DNA of 64,000 nucleotides from Casimicrobiaceae bacterium (GTDB lineage Bacteria; Pseudomonadota; Gammaproteobacteria; Burkholderiales; Casimicrobiaceae): NCBI GenBank assembly GCA_036003195.1, contig DASYSP010000083.1, positions 46,054 to 110,053 of the forward strand, read 5' to 3'. Shown piece by piece: positions 10,353 to 19,194 of this stretch (position 1 is its first letter; each line of letters starts with the position of its first letter). The notes under the pieces were generated by a model. It saw only the letters and a program-made list of their open reading frames with translations, ran no database searches and was not told where the DNA came from. The position numbers and the translations under genes were made by a program.

Positions 10353-11024
10353 TCAGGCGGCCACGAGGCGCGCCAGCAGGAACCCGTCGTAGCCCTTGGC
10401 GCCGACGGTCTGGATGGCGGTGGCCTCGACCCCCGGCGTGGCCGCGATCAGCGCCAGCAGGCGCCGCACGCCGCGCACGGCGGCGTCGTGACTGGCGGCA
10501 TCGATCACCGCGCCGTCGCGCACGACGTTGTCGACGACGATGATCGCGCCCTCCCGCGACAGCTTGCGGGCCCACGCGAAGTATTCCGCATTGTTCGCCT
10601 TGTCGGCGTCGATGAACGCCATGTCGAACGGCGGCCGGCCCTCGGCGGCGAGCTTCGGCAGCGAGTCCAGCGCGGCACCGACGCGCACGTCGACGACATC
10701 CTCGAGGCCCGCGCGGGCGAGATTGGCTTGCGCGACTTCCGCGTGTTTGGGCAGCGCCTCGAGCGTGATCAGCGAGCCGCCCGGCGGCAGCGCGCGCGCC
10801 AGCCAGATCGCGCTGTAGCCGCCCAGCGTGCCGACTTCGAGGATGTTGCGCGCCGCCTGCATGCGCGCCAGCAGGTGCAGCAGCTTGCCCTGGCACGGCG
10901 AGACGCTGATGGCGGGCAGGCCGGCGGCGTCGCTCGCCGCCAGCGTGGCCGCCAGCACCTCGTCATCGGCGCCGAGCGTGCCGGCGAAATAGCGGTCGAC
11001 GGCGGCGAACGTGTCGCGGTTCAT
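10353..11024 (-). CDS. Class I SAM-dependent O-methyltransferase (Methyltransf_3 / CCoAOMT-like)
   Basis: ILEVGTLGGYSAIW, FDMAFIDADK.N...YF, IVVDNVV..G, GYDGF. Confidence 0.9.
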   Translation of the reverse strand: MNRDTFAAVDRYFAGTLGADDEVLAATLAASDAAGLPAISVSPCQGKLLHLLARMQAARNILEVGTLGGYSAIWLARALPPGGSLITLEALPKHAEVAQANLARAGLEDVVDVRVGAALDSLPKLAAEGRPPFDMAFIDADKANNAEYFAWARKLSREGAIIVVDNVVRDGAVIDAASHDAAVRGVRRLLALIAATPGVEATAIQTVGAKGYDGFLLARLVAA

Positions 11025-11077
11025 GTCGCGGTTCTCCAGAGAGTGGTTCGGGCTTCCGGTGCGATCGCGCCGGCATG

Positions 11078-11770
11078 TCACATGCGCATCCAGTCACGCA
11101 GCGCCGCCGTGACTTCCGCTGGTCGTTCGAGCGTCGTCATGTGGCCGCTGCGCGGCACGACGACCAGTTTCGATCCGGCGATGCCGGCCGCGATCTCCTG
11201 CGCGCGCTCGGGCGGCGTCGGCTGGTCGGCGTCCCCGACGAGCACGAGCGTGGGACAGGTGATCGTCGCGAGCGTGGGACGCGAATCGACGCGTCCGATG
11301 ATCGCGTTCTGCTGGCGCACGAACGCATCCGCGCCGTTGTCCTCGGCCATCGCCCGGATCAACGCGCGCAACGCGGTATCCGCATGACGGTCGGGGTGCA
11401 CGTAGTTCGGATATTGCAGGTCCGGCAACTCGGCGAAGCGTCCCGCCTGCGCAATCGCGATCTGCCGCCGCCGGTTTTCGGTCTGCTCCGGCGAGTCGGC
11501 GCGGGCCGACGTGTCGAGCAGGGCGAGGCGGGTGACGCGGTGGCGTGCCTGGCGGATGATCTCGAACGCGATGTAGCCGCCCATCGAGTGCCCGAGCAAC
11601 GCGAAGCGCGGCGGTGCGGCAGCGAGGATGTCGCGCGCGAGCGCCGCCATGCTGTCGTGCGCGGTGTGGTTGGCGACGTTGACGGGCCCGAATTGCCACA
11701 GCATGGGTATCTGTGCGGCGAAATAGCGGGGCGAGGCGATGAGGCCGGGCACGAGGACGACAGATTCCAT
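11078..11770 (-). CDS. Alpha/beta hydrolase
   Basis: VLVPGL, nucleophile GHSMGG, LVLVGDAD..TP, SGHM..LERP. Confidence 0.88.
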   Translation of the reverse strand: MESVVLVPGLIASPRYFAAQIPMLWQFGPVNVANHTAHDSMAALARDILAAAPPRFALLGHSMGGYIAFEIIRQARHRVTRLALLDTSARADSPEQTENRRRQIAIAQAGRFAELPDLQYPNYVHPDRHADTALRALIRAMAEDNGADAFVRQQNAIIGRVDSRPTLATITCPTLVLVGDADQPTPPERAQEIAAGIAGSKLVVVPRSGHMTTLERPAEVTAALRDWMRM

Positions 11771-11892
11771 GCGGGCTCGCGGTCGTTGGGGATGGAGGGA
11801 TGGGCCCGCAGCCACTGCGCACAGGGGCGTCGTGCCGCGGACGAATGCCATGCTAGCCGGTTCGGCGCTCCTCGGAGGGCCTCGCTTCCTCC

Positions 11893-11921
11893 TTGATTCT
11901 TATTCATTTTTGCACTAGAAT
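11893..11921 (+). promoter_or_regulatory. Sigma70 promoter of rpsF operon
   Basis: TTGATT (11893-11898), 17 nt, TAGAAT (11916-11921) in an AT-rich patch. Confidence 0.75.
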
Positions 11922-11927
11922 CACCGG

Positions 11928-12004
11928 TTCCCTTGCCACACCCGGAAGGTACGGGGTGGCCATCGGCCCGCCATGGGCCGCAATCGAACGAAAGGATGAT
12001 GCTG
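11928..12004 (+). promoter_or_regulatory. Structured rpsF 5' leader, probable S6:S18 autoregulatory element
   Basis: CCCTTGCC start; hairpins GCCAC-CCCG/CGGG-GTGGC (11935-11960) and CGGCCC/GGGCCG (11964-11980) ahead of SD AAAGGA; position matches known S6:S18 leaders. Confidence 0.5.
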
Positions 12005-12424
12005 ATGCGTCACTATGAGATCGTATTCATCGTGCACCCCGACCAGAGCGAGCAAGTCGCCGGCATGGTCGAGCGGTACCGCACGATGGTGACCGGCCAC
12101 GGCGGCCGGATTCACCGCATCGAGGACTGGGGCAGGCGCCAGATGGCCTATCCGATCCAGAAGATGCACAAGGCGCACTACGTGCTGATGAACATCGAAG
12201 TCGACGCCGCTACGCTCTCCGAGCTCGAGCACGCGTTCAAGTTCAACGATGCCGTGCTGCGCCACCTGATCGTGGCCATGCGCGACGCGGTGGTCACGCC
12301 GTCGCCGATGATGAAGGAAGACAAGGCGAAGTCGCTGACCGAGAAGCCGGCCGAGCGGCCTGCCGAGCGTGGCGCGGAAAGCGCGGCGCCTCCGGTGGCT
12401 GCCGCGGCAACCGCGGCGGCGTAA
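12005..12424 (+). CDS. rpsF: 30S ribosomal protein S6
   Basis: [41 protein letters not shown]. Confidence 0.98.
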   Translation: MRHYEIVFIVHPDQSEQVAGMVERYRTMVTGHGGRIHRIEDWGRRQMAYPIQKMHKAHYVLMNIEVDAATLSELEHAFKFNDAVLRHLIVAMRDAVVTPSPMMKEDKAKSLTEKPAERPAERGAESAAPPVAAAATAAA

Positions 12425-12442
12425 GGCGGCGGCGCGCGCGGC

Positions 12443-12757
12443 GTGGCGGCGACCAATCGCCTCACGCTCGACGCCACGCTCAAGTCGCGCGATCCGTTGC
12501 GCTACACGCCCGCCGGCATCGCCGTGCTCGAACTGACGCTCACGCACGCATCGACGCAGCCGGAAGCCGGCGGCGAGCGCAAGGTGGAATGCGAGATTGC
12601 GGCGATCGCCTTCGCGCAGACGGCGCAGAGACTGGCGAGCGTCGCGGCAGGCAGCGGGTTGCGCTGCGAAGGCTTCATCGCGCGGCGCTATCGCACCGGC
12701 ACCAGCGTCGCGCTGCACATATCACGATTCGAATCGACGGAATTGACGGAAAGGTAA
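12443..12757 (+). CDS. priB: Primosomal replication protein N
   Basis: [21 protein letters not shown]; lies between rpsF and rpsR. Confidence 0.92.
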   Translation: MAATNRLTLDATLKSRDPLRYTPAGIAVLELTLTHASTQPEAGGERKVECEIAAIAFAQTAQRLASVAAGSGLRCEGFIARRYRTGTSVALHISRFESTELTER

Positions 12758-12764
12758 GGACACC

Positions 12765-13052
12765 ATGCCCCGCCCGATGGGAAAAGGCAAGCTCAAAGGC
12801 AAGAAGGATTTCAAGAAACGCGATCGCGGCAATGCGCTGTTCAAGCGCAAGAAGTTCTGCCGCTTCACCGCCGAGGGCGTGAAGCAGATCGACTACAAGG
12901 ACATCGACGTGCTGAAGGACTTCGTGCAGGAGAACGGCAAGATCATGCCGGCGCGCGTCACCGGCACGCGCGCGCGCTTCCAGCGCCAGCTCGGCACGGC
13001 GATCAAGCGCGCGCAGTTCCTCGCGCTGCTGCCGTTCACCGACCGCCACTAG
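12765..13052 (+). CDS. rpsR: 30S ribosomal protein S18
   Basis: [11 protein letters not shown]...[33 protein letters not shown]. Confidence 0.98.
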   Translation: MPRPMGKGKLKGKKDFKKRDRGNALFKRKKFCRFTAEGVKQIDYKDIDVLKDFVQENGKIMPARVTGTRARFQRQLGTAIKRAQFLALLPFTDRH

Positions 13053-13061
13053 GAGCACACG

Positions 13062-13520
13062 ATGCAGATCATCCTGATGGAGAAGGTGGCGAACGTCGGC
13101 AATCTCGGCGACGTGGTGAAGGTCAAGGACGGCTATGCCCGGAACTTCCTGATCCCGCAAGGCAAGGCCCGGCGCGCCACGCCGGACAATCTCAAGCTGC
13201 TCGAATCCAAGCGCACCGAGCTGGAGAAGGCTGCTGCCGACAAGCTCGCGCTCGCGCAGGCCCAGTCGGAGAAGCTCGCCGGCACCGCGCTGCGCATCAC
13301 GCAGAAGGCCGGCGTCGACGGCCGCCTGTTCGGATCGGTGACCAACGTCGACATCGTCGAGGCGCTCAAGAGCCAGGGGCTGAACGTCGAGAAGTCGGCG
13401 ATTCGCATGCCGGGCGGACCGCTGAAGCACGTGGGCGAGCACCACGTCGGCGTCGCGCTGCATACCGACGTCGTGACCGAGATCGTCGTCAACGTGATCG
13501 GCGAAACCGTCCAGGGCTGA
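13062..13520 (+). CDS. rplI: 50S ribosomal protein L9
   Basis: [44 protein letters not shown]. Confidence 0.98.
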   Translation: MQIILMEKVANVGNLGDVVKVKDGYARNFLIPQGKARRATPDNLKLLESKRTELEKAAADKLALAQAQSEKLAGTALRITQKAGVDGRLFGSVTNVDIVEALKSQGLNVEKSAIRMPGGPLKHVGEHHVGVALHTDVVTEIVVNVIGETVQG

Positions 13521-13539
13521 TCGCTGCGGCGGCACCGCG

Positions 13540-13567
13540 AAGGGCGCCGCCGCGGCGCCCTTTTTTT
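13540..13567 (+). terminator. Rho-independent terminator of rpsF-rplI operon
   Basis: Stem AAGGGCGCCG/CGGCGCCCTT, 3-nt loop, T7 tract. Confidence 0.85.
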
Positions 13568-13648
13568 GCGGCTGCGTCCGTGCGCGGGGGACGGCCGGAC
13601 GCGCGGCAGGCGTTACAATCGAAGGCATTCACGACGGCGCGCGACACC

Positions 13649-15019
13649 ATGCCGGACGACGCCCAACTCGATTCCCTCAAGCTGCCACCGCACTCGCTCG
13701 AAGCCGAGCAGTCGCTGCTGGGCGGGCTCCTGCTCGACAACGAGGTGGAGAGCCGCATCGGCGACGTCGTCACCGAGGGCGACTTCTACAGCGATGCGCA
13801 TCGCGTGATCTTCGCGCACGCGATGCGGCTCATCGCCGAGGGCAAGCCCGCCGACGCGGTCACGGTCGCCGAGTTGCTGGCATCGACGCAGCGCCTCGAC
13901 TACGTCGGGGGGCTCGCATACCTCGGCGCGCTGGTGCAGAACGTGCCGACCACGGCCAACATCCGGCACTACGCACAGATCGTGCGCGAGCGCTCGATCC
14001 TGCGCCAGCTCGCCGGCGCCGCCGGGGAGATCGCCGAATCGGCGTTCCGCCCGATGGGCCGCAGCGCGCGCGAGGTCCTCGACGAGGCCGAGACCAAGGT
14101 GATGCACATCGCCGAGCAGGGGGCGCGCGGGCAGAACCAGTACTCGACGCTGAGCTCGCTGCTGGTGGGCGTCGTCGAGCGCATCGAGGAGCTCTACAGC
14201 CGCGACAATCCGTCGGAAGTCACCGGCATCGAGACCGGATTCGCCGATCTCGATCGCGAGACGGCCGGCCTGCAGCCCGGCGACCTCGTGATCGTCGCCG
14301 GGCGGCCGTCGATGGGCAAGTCGGCGCTCGCCGTCAACATGGGCGAGCACGTGGCGATGCATCTCAAGCTGCCGGTGGCGATCTTCTCGATGGAAATGGG
14401 CGCGCACCAGCTCGCGTTGCGGATGATCGCATCCACGGGGCGCCTCAACAGCCAGAACCTGCGCACCGGACGCCTGCAGCCCGACGACTGGAATAGGCTG
14501 TCGAGCGCCATCGGCCGCCTCAACGACGCGCCCATCCTGATCGACGAGACGCCGGCGCTGACCGCGATGGAGGTGCGCTCGCGCGCGCGCCGCATCGCCA
14601 AGCAGTTCCAGGGCAAGCTCGGCCTGATCATCGTCGATTACCTGCAGCTGATGCAGGCCACGGCCGTCGGCGAGAACCGCGCCACCGAGATCTCCGAGAT
14701 CTCGCGCTCGCTGAAGGCGCTCGCCAAGGAGCTCAAGGTGCCGGTGGTCGCGCTGTCGCAATTGAACCGCGGGCTCGAGCAGCGGCCCAACAAGCGCCCG
14801 GTGATGTCCGACCTGCGCGAATCGGGTGCGATCGAACAGGACGCGGACGTGATCCTGTTCATCTATCGCGACGAGGTCTACAACCCCGAGACTCAGGACA
14901 AGGGTGTCGCCGAGATCATCATCGGCAAACAGCGCAACGGGCCGATCGGCACCGTGCGCATGACCTTCCTCGGCGAGTTCACGCGCTTCGAGAACTACGC
15001 GACCCAGGGCAGTTACTGA
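13649..15019 (+). CDS. dnaB: Replicative DNA helicase
   Basis: PPHSLEAEQS, IVAGRPSMGKS (Walker A), FSMEM, IIVDYLQLM, LSQLNR, SDLRESGAIEQDAD, KQRNGP; no intein. Confidence 0.97.
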   Translation: MPDDAQLDSLKLPPHSLEAEQSLLGGLLLDNEVESRIGDVVTEGDFYSDAHRVIFAHAMRLIAEGKPADAVTVAELLASTQRLDYVGGLAYLGALVQNVPTTANIRHYAQIVRERSILRQLAGAAGEIAESAFRPMGRSAREVLDEAETKVMHIAEQGARGQNQYSTLSSLLVGVVERIEELYSRDNPSEVTGIETGFADLDRETAGLQPGDLVIVAGRPSMGKSALAVNMGEHVAMHLKLPVAIFSMEMGAHQLALRMIASTGRLNSQNLRTGRLQPDDWNRLSSAIGRLNDAPILIDETPALTAMEVRSRARRIAKQFQGKLGLIIVDYLQLMQATAVGENRATEISEISRSLKALAKELKVPVVALSQLNRGLEQRPNKRPVMSDLRESGAIEQDADVILFIYRDEVYNPETQDKGVAEIIIGKQRNGPIGTVRMTFLGEFTRFENYATQGSY

Positions 15020-15043
15020 CCGCTCAGCGGCTGTGGGCTGTGG

Positions 15044-15077
15044 AACCGGCGGACGCGCGCGCGAAGCGCCGCCGGTT
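15044..15077. terminator. Hairpin between convergent dnaB and CPBP genes
   Basis: AACCGGCGG (15044-15052)/CCGCCGGTT (15069-15077) inverted repeat; no clear U tract. Confidence 0.4.
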
Positions 15078-15122
15078 GCGCGTTGGACGCCGAACGCACG
15101 CCGGCAGCCGCGCATTCGCGCG

Positions 15123-15959
15123 CTACATCAGCACGGCATTGCGATACGCATCCACCAGCGCGTGCACCAGCGCAGGCAGCAGCAGCGTGCCGCCGCTGCG
15201 CCAGGCGAACGCGAGAAAGACGCCGATGGGGATGTGGACGGCGAGCAGCTGCAAGACGACGTGCAGGTGCAGCGCATCGGGAATGACGGGCAGATGCCAC
15301 AGGCCCCAGAGCGACGCGACGCCGACGGCGCCGACAAAATTGCGCCAGCCGGCGACGCCATCGCCGCCGGCGTAGCTGTCGAGCGCGCCACGGAAGACGA
15401 CTTCTTCGAGGACGAATGCGACCGGCAGGTAGAGCAGCAGGTCCAGTGCAAACGGCGCGTAGCGCGTCACGCCGATCCACGGCGAGCGCGTGGTGACGAT
15501 CGCCGCACCGGCCATGGTGAAAATGCCGCAGAACAGCGCGAGTGCGGCAAACGCAAGTCCCGCACGCAGGGCGCCGCGAGACTGATGCTGCCAGGCGTAG
15601 GCGACGCCGAGGCTGCCGACCAGCGCACAGGCATCCCATGCGACGATGTCGGCGCCGAGACCGGCGGCAATGGCCGAACCCAGCTGCCAGAGCGGCACCA
15701 GCGCGACGACGACGAGGATCGCCCAACCGCCAGCACCCGGCACCAGGGGCGGTGCGGCACGCACCCACAGCGCACGCAGGGGCTGGCGCGCCACGAATCG
15801 CTGGAACGCCAGCACGAGCGGCACGCCGAGCAGCAAATAGGCGTTGGGCGACAGATGGGCGGCAAAGCCGCACACCATCCACACCAGCACGAAGGCGGCT
15901 GCGCTCAGCGCGCGGCGCGCGCTCGCGCCCGGCACCGGCACTGGCGCGTCACGCGCCAC
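15123..15959 (-). CDS. CPBP (CAAX/Abi, Rce1-like) intramembrane glutamic protease
   Basis: Multi-TM; motifs LEEVVFRG (EExxxR), WGLWH, LVHALVD (HxxxD/N); GTG start overlaps the SMR gene stop. Confidence 0.85.
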   Translation of the reverse strand: MARDAPVPVPGASARRALSAAAFVLVWMVCGFAAHLSPNAYLLLGVPLVLAFQRFVARQPLRALWVRAAPPLVPGAGGWAILVVVALVPLWQLGSAIAAGLGADIVAWDACALVGSLGVAYAWQHQSRGALRAGLAFAALALFCGIFTMAGAAIVTTRSPWIGVTRYAPFALDLLLYLPVAFVLEEVVFRGALDSYAGGDGVAGWRNFVGAVGVASLWGLWHLPVIPDALHLHVVLQLLAVHIPIGVFLAFAWRSGGTLLLPALVHALVDAYRNAVLM

Positions 15960-16311
15960 GCTGCAACAGGAACAGTCCGGCGACGATCAGCAGGATGCCG
16001 CCGATCTGCGCCGGAGCGAGCCGCTCGCCGAACAACAACACGCCCGTGCAGGCGACGAGGATGAGCGTGAGCCCGGTGTACAGCGGGAAGAGCTCGGCCA
16101 TCTCGAAGCGCCGAAGCGCATGCAGGTACCACAGGAACACGCCGCCGTACAGCGCCAGCGCGAGTGCCACCACGGCGCCCTGCGACGTTAGCAGCTCGAC
16201 GAACGTCGCGTGCGGCTTCTGCGATGCCCACTTGAGCAATGCGTGCGCAGCGGTCAATACCACCGCGAGAGCGGCGGCGTTGGCGATCATCCATGCGGAC
16301 GATGTGTTCAT
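15949..16311 (-). CDS. SMR/EamA-like small membrane protein (ArnE/ArnF-type flippase candidate)
   Basis: ~120 aa, four TM; LLKWAS, WYL.ALRRFEMAELFPLYTGL, GVLLFGE.L...QIGGILLI; start 16311 or 16332. Confidence 0.75.
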   Translation of the reverse strand: MNTSSAWMIANAAALAVVLTAAHALLKWASQKPHATFVELLTSQGAVVALALALYGGVFLWYLHALRRFEMAELFPLYTGLTLILVACTGVLLFGERLAPAQIGGILLIVAGLFLLQRGA

Positions 16312-16339
16312 CGACGAGCCGCGGGATGGCAAGCGACAA

Positions 16340-18142
16340 TCATCGCATGCGAGGTGCGAACGTGACGATTTCGAGTGCGTGCGGATCGGCCGCGGTGGTG
16401 GCGATCGTCCAGCGGTGGACCGGCTGTGCCCTTTCGCATCTGTAGACCTGCGTCACGAGATCCTGCGTGGCCGCGACGAGCCCCGCGCCATCGCACGTCA
16501 CCTGCACCCACCAGTCCGGCATCCATGTGACGAGCGGGTTGGCCACCACGACGAGGTCGGCGCCCGGCGCATCGAACGCGTACTCCACCTTCTGCGGCTT
16601 TCCCGTCACGTAGGGATGCGGCGGATACAGGGTGGATAGCGGCAGGTCGCGGTGCGCGGGCGCCGCGACCACGCGATCCACGGGACTCATGCCGAGGCCA
16701 CCCACCACCGTCGCGGGCTCGATCCCGAGCTCGCGGTAGCGCTGCCGCGCAAGCCCGAGGCGACCCCGCGCCGAGCCACCCGCTGCCTCGTCGGTGAATC
16801 GCGCGATCGCGGTTGCGCAGTGCATGCGCAGCGGCATTGCATAGAAGACGTCGAGCGCGTAAGGCAAGGCCGCGTAGACCGGCGCAGGGTCGGTGCACAA
16901 CGTGCGGCCCAGCCGGTCGACGCTGTACGCAGGCAGCCAGATGTCCGTGGCGACGGGAAGCGTCGAGGGCGAGTGCACGATGTCGGCGATCAACGGTGTA
17001 TCGATGCGGCCGCCGCCGTGCTGCATCGAGCGCACGACACCCGCACCCGCCACCGCTGCGGCCGCCAGCGCGGGCAATACGAAAAGCGCGCCGTGCCGGC
17101 GCGCAAGGGCGTTCCATCCCGCCGCCACGAGCAATGCGTACGGCGGGAGGATCGAATAGGCCATGTACAGCGGTGTCACCGGCCGGATCAGCGCGACGAA
17201 CGTCAACGCCAGCGCGGTCAGCGCGAGTCCCCAGCGCGCGGGGATATCGTTGTCGAACGCGGCGAACATGCCGCGCAGCGCGCCGACGATCGCCAGCGCC
17301 GCGCTGAGAGTGGCGATGATGCGCGGCCATGCGGCATCGTAGGCAAACACCGCGGACATGATCGCGTGGGGTCCTGTCCACACGATGCTCCGCAGCAGTT
17401 GCGGCAGGCGGGCCAGGTTGGCGAGCGCGATGTTGCTCTCGGCGACCGCGCGCGTCGCGCCGATCATCGACGTTACCGCGAACAGCGCGGGCGTGAACAG
17501 CAACGCGAACCCGATGCCGGCGGCAAGCCATGCCGCGATCCGGTCATCGAGGTGCGCGACGAGGCGCCCGGGCGCGCGCCATGCGGCGAAGAGTACGCAG
17601 AAGAAGACCCACGCGCATGACGGATGGGCGTGGGTCGCCGCGGCGGCCGCCAGGCCTGCCGCGATCCACCAGCCGAGATGCGGCGTGTCGCGCGTGCGCA
17701 ACACGCAATACAGCGTGGCGATCACGCCGGTACGCATCGCGTTGGTGCTGGTAAAGCCGACGGTTTCGAAGCTCGCCCAGCCGGGCATCGCCAGCGCGGC
17801 GACCCACAACAGGCCGAGCCGCGGTCCGGCCAGGCGCTTGCCCGCCGCATACGCGAGAGGGAACTGCAGTGCGCCGATGAACACCGCGGTCATGGCCGCC
17901 GTCAACCAGGTCGGGAAAACGAACATCGGCAAGGCCATCAGCCAGAACCACAGGGGCCCGAAACGCACGTGCCCGGCGAACACCGGACCCAGCAGCGGGC
18001 GTGCGCCGTCGCGGGCGATGGCAAATGCTTCGGCGACGTCGCGTCCGGGATCGTAGCCGCCGCCGACGAACAGTCCGAAGCCGCAATAGCCAAGCGCGAT
18101 CACCGCAACCACCGCGGCGTGCCACGAGATGCGGCCGCTCAT
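16340..18142 (-). CDS. Polytopic GT-C fold glycosyltransferase (ArnT/PMT-like, divergent)
   Basis: Acidic first loop D-P-G-R-D..A..IA..G..PLLGP, then many TM helices, H.HPS motif and a soluble C-terminal domain; start overlaps the GT2 stop (ATGA). Confidence 0.65.
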   Translation of the reverse strand: MSGRISWHAAVVAVIALGYCGFGLFVGGGYDPGRDVAEAFAIARDGARPLLGPVFAGHVRFGPLWFWLMALPMFVFPTWLTAAMTAVFIGALQFPLAYAAGKRLAGPRLGLLWVAALAMPGWASFETVGFTSTNAMRTGVIATLYCVLRTRDTPHLGWWIAAGLAAAAATHAHPSCAWVFFCVLFAAWRAPGRLVAHLDDRIAAWLAAGIGFALLFTPALFAVTSMIGATRAVAESNIALANLARLPQLLRSIVWTGPHAIMSAVFAYDAAWPRIIATLSAALAIVGALRGMFAAFDNDIPARWGLALTALALTFVALIRPVTPLYMAYSILPPYALLVAAGWNALARRHGALFVLPALAAAAVAGAGVVRSMQHGGGRIDTPLIADIVHSPSTLPVATDIWLPAYSVDRLGRTLCTDPAPVYAALPYALDVFYAMPLRMHCATAIARFTDEAAGGSARGRLGLARQRYRELGIEPATVVGGLGMSPVDRVVAAPAHRDLPLSTLYPPHPYVTGKPQKVEYAFDAPGADLVVVANPLVTWMPDWWVQVTCDGAGLVAATQDLVTQVYRCERAQPVHRWTIATTAADPHALEIVTFAPRMR

Positions 18143-19116
18143 GGCGAGCGGTCGGTGCCGTGCCGCGCACGTACGACGTACAGCGGACGCGCCTTAACTT
18201 CGTCGTAGATGCGCGCCACGTATTCGCCGAGGACGCCGAGCGAAAGGAGTTGCAGCCCGCCGAGAAACAGCACCAGCGCGATCGTCGACGCATAGCCGGG
18301 AAGATCGATGCCGAGGACCAGCGTCTTGCCGACGAGCCATGCGCCGTACAGCAGCGCTGCGACCGCGATCGCGAAGCCGGCGACACTGGCGATCTTGAGC
18401 GGCGTGGCGGAAAACGAAACGATCGCATCGCTGCCGAGGCGCCACAGGCGCCCGACGCCGAAAGACGAGCGCCCCTCGGCGCGCGGCTGCACGTCGTAGG
18501 GCACCGTCACATAGGGGAAGCCGACCCAGGCGTACAGGCCTTTCATGAACCGGGTACGCTCGGGCAGGCTGCGCAGGGCCGCCACCACCGGTGCCGACAG
18601 CAGGCGAAAGTCGCCGCTGCCGGGCGGCAGCTCCATCGCCGTGACGCGGCGGAACAATGCATAGAACATGCGTGACAGCGTGCCTCGCAGCGCGCCGTCG
18701 TGCGCGTCATTGCGGCGCACGGCGACGACCATGTCGGCGCCCGCCCGCCAGCGTGCGACCAGTTCGGCGATGAGCTCCGGCGGATGCTGGAGGTCGGCGT
18801 CGATCGGCACGATCGCCTCGCCGCGCGCATGGTCGAGTCCCGCCGTCAGCGCCACCTCCTTGCCGAAATTGCGGGTGAGCTCGACGACGACGATCCGCGG
18901 ATCGCGCTGGCGCGCGGCGAGCATCGCCGGCAGCGACGCATCCCGGCTGCCGTCGTCGACGAATACGATTTCCCAGGCGAGCGCGAGGGCATCCAGCGCC
19001 GCGCTGGCGCGCGCGAGGAACGGCGCGATGTTGGCGGCTTCGTCGCGCACGGGCACGACCAGCGACAGCACGGGCCGCACGCCGGCCGTGCCATACGCCG
19101 GCGCGTCCTCGCTCAT
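18139..19116 (-). CDS. GT2 polyprenol-phosphate glycosyltransferase (GtrB/YfdH-like)
   Basis: LSLVVPVRDE, FVDDGSRD, RNFGKEVALTAGLD, IDADLQHPPELI, PERTRFMKGLYAWVGF, two C-terminal TM; start 19116 or 19149. Confidence 0.9.
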   Translation of the reverse strand: MSEDAPAYGTAGVRPVLSLVVPVRDEAANIAPFLARASAALDALALAWEIVFVDDGSRDASLPAMLAARQRDPRIVVVELTRNFGKEVALTAGLDHARGEAIVPIDADLQHPPELIAELVARWRAGADMVVAVRRNDAHDGALRGTLSRMFYALFRRVTAMELPPGSGDFRLLSAPVVAALRSLPERTRFMKGLYAWVGFPYVTVPYDVQPRAEGRSSFGVGRLWRLGSDAIVSFSATPLKIASVAGFAIAVAALLYGAWLVGKTLVLGIDLPGYASTIALVLFLGGLQLLSLGVLGEYVARIYDEVKARPLYVVRARHGTDRSP

Positions 19117-19194
19117 CGCCGGCGCGGCGCGGTCCGCCGTCGCCGCCACCGCGCCGCGGTGGCCGGGCTGCGCGGACTCGTCATGCGGCCCCAG

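Noticed and set aside
12005..12424. Ala-rich S6 C-terminal tail with [10 protein letters not shown] duplication
   Set aside because: S6 tails are highly variable; nothing suggests a distinct function.
13649..15019. Intein in dnaB
   Set aside because: Length (~456 aa) and continuous helicase motifs leave no room for an insertion.
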